Source: Mariprofundaceae bacterium (GTDB lineage: Bacteria; Pseudomonadota; Zetaproteobacteria; Mariprofundales; Mariprofundaceae). From it: 51,471 bases of DNA. The stretch is taken from NCBI GenBank assembly GCA_015488125.1, contig WFOJ01000096.1:1-51471 (forward strand). Direction: 5' to 3'. The translations under genes and the position numbers were made by a program. The first letter of the stretch is position 1. Every line of letters begins with the position of its first letter. Positions 28,035-38,187 of this stretch are shown here, one piece after another. The notes beneath the pieces were generated by a model. It did not search any database. It saw only the letters and a program-made list of their open reading frames with translations, and had not been told where the DNA came from.

Positions 28035-29009
28035 TCATTTTTTACCAGGGGATTTTTTGTAAATATCACTGAAACTCACATTCATACCACCGCATCGCTG
28101 GTTATCAGCAACCATCAGATAATTATTTAGCAGTCGTATCTTCACCTTGCAGTCTTCAGTCATATTCTGGTCAACTGTCAACCTGTCCCCTTGAATGCGT
28201 CCTGTGGTGGAAAAATAACCATCGTGAACCACACCGTTGGCGCCTTCCCAGATAGCTGTACCCTCCACATGAACCAGGCCGTCCTTGTGATATTCGATAG
28301 TGATCTCAGCATCAGTGTGATCGCCAATCCAAGTGCCTGACCAGTCATCGTTTTTCGGCATTATTGATGATTGAAGACGAATATGTTCCATATCCATCCA
28401 GCCAACCAACCCTCCCCGTCGGCTCGGATACCAGACACATGCCCAACCGTCTTCTATTTTGCCGACAATCAACTGATCACCGGGAATCAGATAGGCTTTC
28501 CGTTTGCAACTGGTTCGATAAGGGCAATGCTTGCCATCATCATAAAAATAGCTGCGCCATCCCTTTTTACCGATGATTTTTCCCCATGTTGCCTGTTTTT
28601 GCATCGTCGGAAAATAATCCCCAAGACACTGATAAGGCACGATGTGGGAAGTGCATGTATCCGGTATATCCACAGATTGCACACGCAATTCACTAATACG
28701 AATCAAACCATCATAATTTACGGCAAAATCATCCACCTTCTCATTCAGCAAGTGACCACGAAACTCGATATAAACCGGTTCATAAGGTGAAGTAGTGGGG
28801 TGTTGTCTGTAAAAATTTGTTAATTGATTGTGAATGCTTGGTTGTGTGCTGATCCAATAGCTGTTATCGCTTGTACACGGTCTGAATATATCGGCATCAT
28901 TCCCCCACACATATGTCCCCTTATATACTTTGTCACAATCCAATGCGATAGTGGTCGCAGGTATAATCAAAACAAGGGTGATTACGCCGATACTGAGAAC
29001 ATGTTTCAT
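28035..29009 (-). CDS. Hypothetical exported protein, apparently two or more domains
   Basis: Signal-peptide-like N-terminus MKHVLSIGVITLVLIIPATTIA (alternative GTG start at 29018 after AGGAG). Cys-rich soluble body. Confidence 0.7.
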   Translation of the reverse strand: MKHVLSIGVITLVLIIPATTIALDCDKVYKGTYVWGNDADIFRPCTSDNSYWISTQPSIHNQLTNFYRQHPTTSPYEPVYIEFRGHLLNEKVDDFAVNYDGLIRISELRVQSVDIPDTCTSHIVPYQCLGDYFPTMQKQATWGKIIGKKGWRSYFYDDGKHCPYRTSCKRKAYLIPGDQLIVGKIEDGWACVWYPSRRGGLVGWMDMEHIRLQSSIMPKNDDWSGTWIGDHTDAEITIEYHKDGLVHVEGTAIWEGANGVVHDGYFSTTGRIQGDRLTVDQNMTEDCKVKIRLLNNYLMVADNQRCGGMNVSFSDIYKKSPGKK

Positions 29010-29199
29010 GATTTTCACGAACAATCTCCTGTCACGATGTTTTCCGCCATGATATTTCAGGGCGAGAGTCTTGTTGATAGCAAAAGAATGAGCAATGAAT
29101 TTACGTTTTTTCCCGAAACCCCTTGCACCCAAAAGGAAGAAATATCGTGTGCCTTGATTCCCTGGCGTTGCGTGAGGATGCGCCCCCGCTATGCTTCGC

Positions 29200-29479
29200 C
29201 GCGCTTTGAGGTGCCTGATGGCTGAATGGCCAAAAGGTTAAACGGGAAGTCCGGTGCGTTTGTTGGCGAACAAATCCGGCGCAGCCCCCGCTACTGTAAG
29301 CCTGACAATGTTATTGGCGATCTGTTCACTGGCCCGTTTCCACCTGCAACGTTGAAAAGCTCCTTTCACCTTGCAGGGCAACAAAGGCATATGGACAGAC
29401 AGATTTGCAACCACTGGGAAACCGGGAAGGGATCAATAACAGCGGATGAAGGTAAGCCAGGAGACCGACCCAAAGCGCG
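29200..29479 (+). ncRNA. Cobalamin (AdoCbl-class) riboswitch
   Basis: AGGTGC...TTAAACGGGAAGTCCGGTG...AATCCGGCGCAGCCCCCGCTACTGTAA...CCACTGGGAAACCGGGAAGG...AAGCCAGGAGACCGACC (B12 box). P1 is CGCGCTTTG/CAAAGCGCG. Lies directly upstream of btuB. Confidence 0.95.
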
Positions 29480-29585
29480 AAACCTGCGGGTTTCAAACGG
29501 ATGAGTCTCGGTGGGAGGCTGGCCGCATGTGTTTTCTGCAATAGTTCATATTTGCGCGAGCAGCCATGCCGCTGGTTCCCCTGAA

Positions 29586-29625
29586 CTTGTCCTCACAACG
29601 CATTGCACGGTGGGTGCAGGACAGG
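29586..29625 (+). promoter_or_regulatory. Probable SD-sequestering hairpin of the riboswitch expression platform
   Basis: CTTGTCCT (29586-29593) can pair with AGGACAGG (29618-29625), which covers the btuB ribosome-binding region. Confidence 0.6.
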
Positions 29626-29630
29626 ATAGT

Positions 29631-31466
29631 ATGAAACGCAATATCTTCGTTGCTCTGGCAACAACATTATTCACAACGCCACTACAAGCATCAGAACAAT
29701 TACCTGAAATGGTCATCACGGCTGACAGAATTGCTCAGGATGAGGCCACAATCAGTGCCGATACCAGCGTCATCACCCGGCAGGAGATCGAACAATCCCA
29801 GGCCGCATCAGTGGCGGATGTGCTGCGCGCTCAGGCGGGCATCCATGTGGTGTCATCTGGTGGCGCCGGCAAAGCCACTTCGGTTTTTTTACGGGGTGGC
29901 AACAGCGGCCATACACTGGTATTGATTGATGGCGTGCGCGTTGGCTCAGCAACGCTGGGCAGTTTTGACTGGGCCAACCTTTCAACAGCCGGTATTGAAC
30001 GCATTGAAATTGTACGCGGTGCGCAATCATCCTTGTATGGCGCTGATGCCATGGCTGGCGTGATTCAGATTTTCACCCGAAAAGCGACCGACAGCACAAA
30101 GGTTCATGTGTCGGGAGAAGCTGGCGCTTACGGCACATCTTCCGGTCGCATGAGCATTACAGGAAAAACGGATGCACATATCGGCTATGCCCTGACGGTT
30201 GACGGGTTGCGTACAGACAGTGTGTCTGCTGCGGCCAGTGGTAAGGAAGCAGACCCGTATCGTCAGGCCACCCTTTCCGGACGGCTTACATTACCTGTGG
30301 GCGATGGTGAACTGGAGTTAATAACTCGCAATGTCGATGGCAGGACCAGCCTGGACGGGCTGGGACTGACTGGCCCGGTGGATACACTGAACTACAGCAG
30401 CAACACCAAACAAACCGTGAACAGCATCAAACTGACCTACCCGTTCAATGATACATTTGAAAGCAGCTTGCAACTTTCACGATCAAGCGATGAAGTGATT
30501 GGCCGCGATCCCGCAAGCAGCTTTCATAACTCGGACTTTCGCACGCGCATTGATCAGTTGACATGGAATAATCACATGGATTTTGACCAGCTGTCGTTAC
30601 TGGCAGGTGTGGATGCATATCGCAGCCAGGGCAACAGTGGCAGTGCCGGACTGAATAACAGCATCGCACAAACAGCAGCCTTTGCTGCCTTGGCATGGAA
30701 CACGGACTGGGCAGACATCAATGCTTCATTACGCTACGATCAAAACTCGGTGACCATCAACAAAACCACCTACAAGGCAGGGGTTGCCTTGCATCCATTG
30801 GATTCACTGAAAATATCCGCTAATTATGGTACGGGATTCAAGGCGCCGTCGTTGAATGATCTGTATTTTCCAGCCTCTGCCTTCAGTGCAGGCAATGCCC
30901 ACCTGAAGCCGGAAAGCAGCAAGGGCTGGGATGTCGGCCTGTCCTGGCAGCTGGATCAGGCATCGATCAAAAGCGGATTATCTCTCACATGGTTTGATCA
31001 GACCTATCGGAATCTGATCGTCTGGCAGGCTTCTCCAACATTCTTCTACAGCCCCGCCAATATTGGCAGAGCGCGCACGCAAGGCATGGAAATCTCCGCC
31101 AACGCATCGTATCAGCATGTTTACCTTCGGGCCAACTGGACGTACCTGAAGGCGCAAGACAGTACGACCAACACCATGCTTCCACGGCGAGCCAAAGAAT
31201 CCGGCAATGTCATCATGGGGACGGAACTTGCAGGTTTGCATGCCGAACTGGCCTGGCGTGTCACAGGTCCCCGTTTTTCCGCAACAGGGAATAAAAAGTA
31301 TATGAAAGGCTATCAGACCACCAGCGTTCGGGTGCATTATACCATCAATGAACGCTGGCAGTTGCATGCACGGGTTGATAACGCAGGCAACAGCAAATAT
31401 GAGGAGGTCGCCGGTTATGGTGTGCCGGGACGAGCCTGGTATGCTGGTTTAAGCACTGACTTTTAA
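29631..31466 (+). CDS. btuB: TonB-dependent cobalamin receptor
   Basis: Signal peptide, TonB box EMVITADR, plug motifs LRGGNSGHTLVLIDGVR and IERIEIVRGAQSSLYGADAMAGVIQIFT, C-terminal Phe. Sits behind the B12 riboswitch. Confidence 0.93.
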   Translation: MKRNIFVALATTLFTTPLQASEQLPEMVITADRIAQDEATISADTSVITRQEIEQSQAASVADVLRAQAGIHVVSSGGAGKATSVFLRGGNSGHTLVLIDGVRVGSATLGSFDWANLSTAGIERIEIVRGAQSSLYGADAMAGVIQIFTRKATDSTKVHVSGEAGAYGTSSGRMSITGKTDAHIGYALTVDGLRTDSVSAAASGKEADPYRQATLSGRLTLPVGDGELELITRNVDGRTSLDGLGLTGPVDTLNYSSNTKQTVNSIKLTYPFNDTFESSLQLSRSSDEVIGRDPASSFHNSDFRTRIDQLTWNNHMDFDQLSLLAGVDAYRSQGNSGSAGLNNSIAQTAAFAALAWNTDWADINASLRYDQNSVTINKTTYKAGVALHPLDSLKISANYGTGFKAPSLNDLYFPASAFSAGNAHLKPESSKGWDVGLSWQLDQASIKSGLSLTWFDQTYRNLIVWQASPTFFYSPANIGRARTQGMEISANASYQHVYLRANWTYLKAQDSTTNTMLPRRAKESGNVIMGTELAGLHAELAWRVTGPRFSATGNKKYMKGYQTTSVRVHYTINERWQLHARVDNAGNSKYEEVAGYGVPGRAWYAGLSTDF

Positions 31467-31537
31467 TACGAGCCAGGAAACTTCGCGCACAAGGTCAACA
31501 AAGCCCGTCCATATTGATGTTTGAGCAGGGGGTCCGC

Positions 31538-32254
31538 ATGCGCATGGCAGTCGCAATCATGGTGGCTGTCATGCTGCATGCGCTTATACTTGTCACGCCC
31601 ATTCCAACAGGCACCATACCGCCATCATTACACAAGCAACCATTGCAAATCAGCCTGGTCACAGCACCCGATCCGGCTCCATCTGCAACAACGCTTGCTC
31701 ATAAACGCATGCCACAACATCCACCCGCACACACAACAGCAGATATGCAGAAGAAGCCCCGGAAAAACACCAGCCACCCCGCCATCGTGCCCCGAAACAC
31801 GCCGACTCCGATGGTTCAGCCTCGTCAAAGCGGGAACAATACTCCTGCATTCAATCAACGCCAACGCATACGCCCCGTGGTGCACACCCCCGCAGCATTG
31901 CATCAACATTCCCCGGCAGAAAAAACAAGGCCGCTTGCAGGCAGGCAACAACATGAACCAATTCAAAAACAATATGATCACCAGTCAGCCGACGGCGTGC
32001 CTGTGCCAGAAGACATTCAGGCACATCTTCTGATGCATGTATCCTACCCCAGACAGGCAAGACGACATGGCTGGCAAGGCAAGGTAACATTACAATTTGA
32101 TGTACAACAACACATGATCCGGCATGTCACCGTATTGACTTCAAGTGGCTACCCTGTGTTGGACCGCGCTGCATACCGTGCTTTAAGCCACACGCCGCAT
32201 ATCGCGCTGGCTGATGGTGTTTACCGCGTGCCTGTTGTCTTTCGCCTGCAATGA
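31538..32254 (+). CDS. tonB: TonB family energy transducer
   Basis: N-terminal TM with His (AVMLHALIL), Pro/His/Gln-rich linker, C-terminal YPRQARRHGWQGKVTLQF...SSGYPVLDRAA. Start uncertain (31514, 31517 or 31538). Confidence 0.85.
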   Translation: MRMAVAIMVAVMLHALILVTPIPTGTIPPSLHKQPLQISLVTAPDPAPSATTLAHKRMPQHPPAHTTADMQKKPRKNTSHPAIVPRNTPTPMVQPRQSGNNTPAFNQRQRIRPVVHTPAALHQHSPAEKTRPLAGRQQHEPIQKQYDHQSADGVPVPEDIQAHLLMHVSYPRQARRHGWQGKVTLQFDVQQHMIRHVTVLTSSGYPVLDRAAYRALSHTPHIALADGVYRVPVVFRLQ

Positions 32255-33072
32255 TGAATCTGCCTCGCCGGATCATCCTGGCGCTTTTGTGGCTGTGCAT
32301 GCTGCTGCCAGGTGTGAGCCATGCAGAACACTACAGCCGCATTCTGGCATTAAGTCCCCATGTGTGTGAAATGCTTTATGCCATTGGTGCCGCTTCCCGG
32401 GTCGTTGGAGCGGTGTCCTATTGCGATTATCCCGCCGATGCACGCGCCCTGCCGCGTGTCGGCAGTTACAAGGGTATTCGTGTTGAAGCTGCGCTTCGCC
32501 TGAAGCCTGACCTGGCTATTGCCAGCAGCGAGCATGTAAAAGGCCTGATGCAATTAAAAAAAGCGGGGGTGAACATCGTGATTTCCAACCCCCGGCGTTT
32601 TGAGGATATTTTTCATGATATGCTGACCCTGGGGGCATTGACCGGACACCAGCAGGAAGCGGCAACACTGGTGCGCCAACAGCGAAAACGCCTGAATCGT
32701 ATTCGTCAACATGCCAGTTCACAACGCCGTGTTTTTTATGAATTATGGCCTGATCCATTGCTGACTGTGGGCAAATCAGGCTTCATCAATACATTGATCA
32801 GCGAAGCAGGTGGTCATAATGTGTTTGCGCATATCCCGCTGGAAACCCCGCGCGTCAATATTGAAGCTGTTATCAAGGCCCGGCCTGATGTGATCATTAT
32901 CCCACGTGAAAAAAGAAACATACAGCAACGGCAACGGTTCTGGAACAAGTGGCTGGGCAAACAACATGTACATATTGCCGGTGTTGACCCGGATTTGCTG
33001 CACCGCCCCGGCCCTCGCCTGATCGACGGACTTGAAATCTTGCAGCGCATACTCAATCAGCCACAACCATGA
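32251..33072 (+). CDS. btuF: Cobalamin-binding periplasmic protein
   Basis: Signal peptide. RILALSPHVCEMLYAIGA, VSYCDYP, LKPDL and LHRPGPRLIDG. Confidence 0.88.
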   Translation: MMNLPRRIILALLWLCMLLPGVSHAEHYSRILALSPHVCEMLYAIGAASRVVGAVSYCDYPADARALPRVGSYKGIRVEAALRLKPDLAIASSEHVKGLMQLKKAGVNIVISNPRRFEDIFHDMLTLGALTGHQQEAATLVRQQRKRLNRIRQHASSQRRVFYELWPDPLLTVGKSGFINTLISEAGGHNVFAHIPLETPRVNIEAVIKARPDVIIIPREKRNIQQRQRFWNKWLGKQHVHIAGVDPDLLHRPGPRLIDGLEILQRILNQPQP

Positions 33073-34016
33073 CACAACACAGAGCGCTGCTTGTGTGGGC
33101 CATCGTACTGGCAGTTTCCGCCGGATTTTTTCTATTATGCCTTGCCATGGGCGAACAGTGGATCAATCCGTTGCATGCCAGTGGGCAGGATGCCATGATT
33201 TTGTGGGAGCTTCGTCTGCCGCGTTTGCTCACAGCTTTTGCCGTAGGTGGCCTGCTGGCGCTGGCAGGCGCCTGGTTTCAGGTGTTGCTGGGCAATCCAC
33301 TGGCGGAACCTTATGTGTTAGGAGTGGCCGGCAGTGCATCAGCAGGGGCTGTGGCTGCACTGATGTGGTTGCCCGATACAACATGGGTGATGTCGGCAGG
33401 GGCATTTGTCGGCGCCTGGCTGGGCATTGTCTGTGTGATGTTTTTTGCTCGTTCAGGCCCGGACAAGATGCTCCTCGCTGGCGTGGTGCTGGCAGCCTTC
33501 TGGTCGGCAATGCTGGGACTGTTGCTGGCCCTCTTGCCAGAGCAAACCCTGTTTCGTGCTTTTTCATGGATGATGGGGGATGTCTCCGGCTCGGATATAC
33601 CTGTTCCACTGCTCCTGGCCATATGGGGCGGCGCTTTGCTGTGTGGTTGCCTGCTGTCACGCTCACTGGACATATTATTGCTGGGGGAACGGCATGCGGA
33701 AGCACTCGGTATTGATGTGCAACGCTTGCGCCAACAACTGTTGTTTCTTGCCTCGACCGTGACCGCCCTGGCCGTAACTGCGGCGGGCACGATTGGTTTT
33801 GTCGGTTTGGTGGTTCCCCATTTTATGCGTCTGCTGCTGGGTTCCTTGCATCACAGGGTGCTTCCCGCTGCTGCCATGGGCGGTGGCATATTGTTAATGC
33901 TGGCTGATACCATCGCCCGAACCATGATTGCGCCTGCGGAATTGCCTGTGGGTATTTTAACCGCCATCATCGGTGTGCCCGTGTTTTTGTTCCTGTTGTT
34001 ACGGCGGCGTTCATGA
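33069..34016 (+). CDS. btuC: Cobalamin ABC transporter permease (FecCD family)
   Basis: LRLPR, NPLAEPYVLGV, LLLGERHAEALG, GTIGFVGLVVPH and ELPVGILTAIIGVP. Confidence 0.88.
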   Translation: MTQHRALLVWAIVLAVSAGFFLLCLAMGEQWINPLHASGQDAMILWELRLPRLLTAFAVGGLLALAGAWFQVLLGNPLAEPYVLGVAGSASAGAVAALMWLPDTTWVMSAGAFVGAWLGIVCVMFFARSGPDKMLLAGVVLAAFWSAMLGLLLALLPEQTLFRAFSWMMGDVSGSDIPVPLLLAIWGGALLCGCLLSRSLDILLLGERHAEALGIDVQRLRQQLLFLASTVTALAVTAAGTIGFVGLVVPHFMRLLLGSLHHRVLPAAAMGGGILLMLADTIARTMIAPAELPVGILTAIIGVPVFLFLLLRRRS

Positions 34017-34759
34017 TGCTGTTGATGAAGCTGCGTCATGTATCGGTTCAACGAGGCAGAAAAACCTTGTTTTCCGGGGTGAATTTTACCGTGACAGCCG
34101 GTCATATCACGGTGATCCTGGGAGGCAATGGCGCGGGCAAATCCAGTTTGTTGCTGGCCATGGCAGGGCTTATTCCTGCGATCGGTGATATTGAACTCAT
34201 GGGAAGGCCCTTGCGGCACTATTCCCCTCGCGAGCGAACACGGCTGATTGCCTGGCAGGGCGAACTGCCACCAACGGCATTTGGTTTAACCGTCGAACAA
34301 CGGTTGCATCTGGTCAGCAACTGCCCGCAAACAATTCATCATGTTGCTTGCGAAATGGCAATTTCCCATCTTTTATTGCATGCGCTTGACCAGCTATCCA
34401 GCGGCGAGTTACAGCGCGTGGAACTGGCTGCACTCATGTTGCGGGACGCGCCTGTATGGCTGCTGGATGAGCCGACATCACATCTGGATTTCAAGCATCA
34501 GATCCGTTTGATCCATACCTTGAAGCACTATGCCACCAGGGGAAAAGCCATCGTGGTCATTTTGCACGACCTTCAGCAGGCCAGGGCCCTGGCAGATTTT
34601 CTGATTTTAATCGATCGGCAAGGTGAAACGCGTTATGGCGCATGTGAAGAACTATTCAACCGCCAGATGCTGTGCCAGACATTCGACGCTCCGCTTGTAG
34701 AACAGGCGGTGGCACTGTTGCCCGATTATGGCATCTGCCCGAAAACAGGAGAAACATAG
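34013..34759 (+). CDS. btuD: Cobalamin ABC transporter ATP-binding protein
   Basis: Walker A GGNGAGKS, signature LSSGE, Walker B LLDEPTSHLD and H-loop ILHDL. Confidence 0.85.
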   Translation: MMLLMKLRHVSVQRGRKTLFSGVNFTVTAGHITVILGGNGAGKSSLLLAMAGLIPAIGDIELMGRPLRHYSPRERTRLIAWQGELPPTAFGLTVEQRLHLVSNCPQTIHHVACEMAISHLLLHALDQLSSGELQRVELAALMLRDAPVWLLDEPTSHLDFKHQIRLIHTLKHYATRGKAIVVILHDLQQARALADFLILIDRQGETRYGACEELFNRQMLCQTFDAPLVEQAVALLPDYGICPKTGET

Positions 34760-34855
34760 CAAAACGGCGTGAAGTCTGTTGTCAGCGTGGCATGTACTGT
34801 CGAAAAAACGATGGTGCCACTTGCATTTTTTTACCGGGTGCAGACAATCATCTTC

Positions 34856-35737
34856 ATGACTACCTCTTCTATTGATCACAGCCGCGTTCGCCGGGCCTTT
34901 TCTCATGCTTCAGAGAGCTACGATCGTCATGCTGTGTTGCAGCGGGAAATTGCCGAACGATTGCTCAATCACGCGCTTTGCGCCAAATTTGAGCCTTGTC
35001 GCATCCTCGATATTGGCTGTGGAACCGGTTATTACACCCGCTTGCTCGATAAACAGTTCAAAAAAGCGGACATCATCGCCCTGGATCTGGCTGAAACCAT
35101 GTTGCACCGCTGCCGCAAATCACGCGGTCGCCGTCTGCCATGGCATGGCAAACGCCAGTATTGCATGGCTGATGCTAGCTATCTGCCCTTTGCCGATGCC
35201 TCTTTTGATCTGGTAACCTCCAACCTGGCCATGCAATGGGTGGCTGATCCAGCCTTGCTGCTGAGTGAAATGCGGCGCGTACTGGCTCCCGGCGGGCTGA
35301 TGCTGTTTAGCACCTTTGGCCGACGCACACTGCATGAACTGCGGCAATCGCTGGTGCGCCAGCAACGCCGCTTCAGTGGCCTGCTGATCCCTTTCCCCGA
35401 CGTGATGAGCATGGGCAATGCGCTCTCTGCGCTGTCTGTTGAAGTGCCGGTGGTGGATTCCGATCTGTTTACGCTGACCTACCCGAACACCATGGCGTTG
35501 GTGCGTGAACTTAAGGGGTTGGGAGCTTCGGCAGCGGCGATTCGCCAGCGTCCGGAAGGCTTGTACGGTCGCCGTTTACTGCGCCAGCTTGAGGATGATT
35601 ATCGTCGGCATTATGCGACAGAAGATGATCGCGTCTATGCCAGTTTTGAAGCCCTGTATGCACAAGCCTGGCATCGTCCCGAAGCATTTCAGCCCACCGG
35701 CGATATCATTCCTGTTCACCCTGCAGATCAGGGCTGA
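34856..35737 (+). CDS. bioC: Malonyl-ACP O-methyltransferase
   Basis: VRRAFSHASESYDRHAVLQREIAERL, ILDIGCGTG, FDLVTSNLAMQW, FSTFGRRTLHELR and LVRELKGLGA. Start placed at ATG 34856. Confidence 0.9.
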   Translation: MTTSSIDHSRVRRAFSHASESYDRHAVLQREIAERLLNHALCAKFEPCRILDIGCGTGYYTRLLDKQFKKADIIALDLAETMLHRCRKSRGRRLPWHGKRQYCMADASYLPFADASFDLVTSNLAMQWVADPALLLSEMRRVLAPGGLMLFSTFGRRTLHELRQSLVRQQRRFSGLLIPFPDVMSMGNALSALSVEVPVVDSDLFTLTYPNTMALVRELKGLGASAAAIRQRPEGLYGRRLLRQLEDDYRRHYATEDDRVYASFEALYAQAWHRPEAFQPTGDIIPVHPADQG

Positions 35738-35826
35738 CCGACACCTTGATTTCATCATCACAACGCCTAGATTTCATGAAATATTGAAAATATTGCTATT
35801 TTTTCATTCCTACAGGAGAAAACATA

Positions 35827-37344
35827 ATGAATATAAGTGTTCGCGCCGGAAGCGTTGCCAAATGCCGGGAAGATACCATTGTGCTTCCTCTGCTGACCGG
35901 ACGAAAGTTCACCGATGCCGGACGCAACCTGCCGGAGGCAACCGCTGATTTTCTGAAAAGCTTTTTTCGTCGTTCGGCGATCAAGGGAGAGTTTGGCGAA
36001 ATCACCACCTTGCATGCCGTGCCAGGTCTGCACGCCTATCGCCTGGTGCTGGTCGGCTGCGGCAACGAAAACAAACTGACATTGCACGGTCTACGCCGTC
36101 TTGCCGGCAAGGCAGCCAGAAACATGCGTGCATCAGGAGCCCATACGGCGGCTGTTTTTCTTGCCGATGCCAATGTTCGCCATAGTGCGCAACATGAACG
36201 TGTGCAGACGGTGACGGAAGGTATCGCCCTTGGTCTCTATCGTTTTGAGCGCTTCAAAAGCAAGAAAAAAGAGGATCATAAGGCTGAGCCTTCATTTGTG
36301 GTGATCGTCAACAATCGTCGTCGTGAAGCCCTTGCCGCGTATCAGCAGGCCGTCCGGCGCGGTCAAACCATCGCTGAAGGCGTGATGCTGGCACGTGACC
36401 TTGGCAACCTGCCGGGCAATGTCTGCACGCCAGCGTATCTGGCAGAGCAGGCGCAGGCGCTGCAAGGCGAGCGTCTTCAGGTTGAAGTTATGGACAAGGC
36501 AGCCATTGAAGAAAAAGGATTCCGGGCCTTGCTGGCGGTGAATCAGGGTTCAGCGAAAGAACCGCGTTTCATCGTACTGCGTTATCAGGGCGGTGAGGAA
36601 GAGGAAGCGCCCATTGCCCTGGTCGGCAAGGGCCTGACCTTTGATGCGGGCGGCATCAGCATCAAGCCACCGGCAGCCATGGACGAAATGAAGTTTGATA
36701 TGTGTGGCGCAGCAGCGGTGCTGGGCACCTTCAAGGCTGCCAGCGACCTGCAACTGAAGGTCAATCTGCTGGGCGTGATTCCCTCCACCGAAAACCTGCT
36801 CGGCGCAGCTGCCTACAAACCTGGCGATATTATCACCGCTTACAATGGCACCACCATTGAAGTGCTCAACACCGATGCCGAAGGCCGTTTGATTCTGGCC
36901 GATGCACTGGCCTATGCCGCAGAACAAAAACCGGGAAAAATCATTGATTTTGCCACCCTCACCGGCGCTTGCGTCATCGCACTGGGCGCACAGGCCAGCG
37001 GTTTGATGGGCAATGATCAATCCTTGTTGCGCAAACTTGAAAAATCAGGTGAACGCACCCACGACCGCGTTTGGCAACTGCCCATGTATGAAGAATATCA
37101 AAAGCAGATTGACAGCCATATCGCGGATATTCGCAATATTGGTGGACGCGAGGCTGGCACCATTACCGCCGCCTGTTTTCTCTCCCGTTTCGTTGATCAT
37201 CTGCCCTGGGCGCATATTGACATTGCCGGTACTGCCTGGGGCAAGGGCGATGAGCTTTCCCCCAAAGGCGGCACAGGCGCTGGCGTTCGTCTGATGATTG
37301 ATTACCTCTCAACAATTGCCGATCGCGAAGCAACAGGCGACTGA
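35827..37344 (+). CDS. pepA: Leucyl aminopeptidase (M17)
   Basis: VGKGLTFDAGGISIK, MKFDMCGAA, NTDAEGRLILAD, IDFATLTGA and WAHIDIAG. SD AGGAG. Confidence 0.96.
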   Translation: MNISVRAGSVAKCREDTIVLPLLTGRKFTDAGRNLPEATADFLKSFFRRSAIKGEFGEITTLHAVPGLHAYRLVLVGCGNENKLTLHGLRRLAGKAARNMRASGAHTAAVFLADANVRHSAQHERVQTVTEGIALGLYRFERFKSKKKEDHKAEPSFVVIVNNRRREALAAYQQAVRRGQTIAEGVMLARDLGNLPGNVCTPAYLAEQAQALQGERLQVEVMDKAAIEEKGFRALLAVNQGSAKEPRFIVLRYQGGEEEEAPIALVGKGLTFDAGGISIKPPAAMDEMKFDMCGAAAVLGTFKAASDLQLKVNLLGVIPSTENLLGAAAYKPGDIITAYNGTTIEVLNTDAEGRLILADALAYAAEQKPGKIIDFATLTGACVIALGAQASGLMGNDQSLLRKLEKSGERTHDRVWQLPMYEEYQKQIDSHIADIRNIGGREAGTITAACFLSRFVDHLPWAHIDIAGTAWGKGDELSPKGGTGAGVRLMIDYLSTIADREATGD

Positions 37345-37385
37345 CGGCCTTGATGATCACGCCTCGCGTGTATGGAGCGGGTGGC

Positions 37386-38114
37386 ATGGCAATGCTGCCC
37401 ATTCCTTTTTTCTACTACTTTAACATCCCTGTTTTTCAATGGCTTAATGGTCACCATAGCAACTGGCTGGATGCCTTGATAGGGATTGTCAGTGGTCTTG
37501 GTGATGGTCTGGTGATCGCCTTGTTGCTGGGCCTGGTGGCCTTTTATCACTGGCGTGCCGGGCTGGCCGGGCTGGCCGCCTTCATATTGTCCGGGCTGCT
37601 GGCGCAGTTACTCAAACGTGCTTTTGATATGCCTCGACCTCCTGCCGTGCTGGAGCATGTGCATATCCTTGGTGCAGCATTACACAGTCACAGCTTTCCC
37701 TCCGGCCACGCCACCTCCTGCGGCGTCATGGTGGCCGGGGCTTTTTTGCTCTGGTCCTGCCGTCAGTGGCAGGCATGGGTTGTCGCCGTGCTGTTTACAC
37801 TGGCTGCACTGGGGCGCATTTACGGCGGCGTGCATTTTCCACTGGATGTCTGGGTTGGCCTGTGGCTTGGCGCGGGCAGTATGTGGTGGTGCTGGCAACG
37901 TTCCCGTCGTTGGCCGCTGCAACGCTGGTCTGCCTGGCCATGGATGCCGCGCCTGTTGGGATTGATTGTGCTGATCGAAAGTGCCGTACTGGGCCTTGGT
38001 TATCATATTCAACCGCAAACAGCGCAACCCTTATGCTGGCTGCTGCCACCACTGGCGCTGCTGCTGCTGTGGCGCTACTGGCAGGCAACGCTGATCCGTC
38101 CGGCGCTTTCCTGA
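37386..38114 (+). CDS. PAP2-family membrane phosphatase
   Basis: C1 KRAFDMPRP, C2 SFPSGHA and C3 GRIYGGVHFPLDV motifs, with multiple TM segments. Confidence 0.88.
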   Translation: MAMLPIPFFYYFNIPVFQWLNGHHSNWLDALIGIVSGLGDGLVIALLLGLVAFYHWRAGLAGLAAFILSGLLAQLLKRAFDMPRPPAVLEHVHILGAALHSHSFPSGHATSCGVMVAGAFLLWSCRQWQAWVVAVLFTLAALGRIYGGVHFPLDVWVGLWLGAGSMWWCWQRSRRWPLQRWSAWPWMPRLLGLIVLIESAVLGLGYHIQPQTAQPLCWLLPPLALLLLWRYWQATLIRPALS

Positions 38115-38187
38115 CATTGCCCGCTACATGATTTTTTCATCTTTTACGATCTAGCGTGTGCCGCCATGTTGTTGATGGAGTGTTCTT

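Noticed and set aside
29183..29293. CCCCCGCTA occurring twice, suggesting a tandem riboswitch
   Set aside because: The first copy lacks the other conserved cobalamin elements and overlaps the likely -10 region; probably coincidence.
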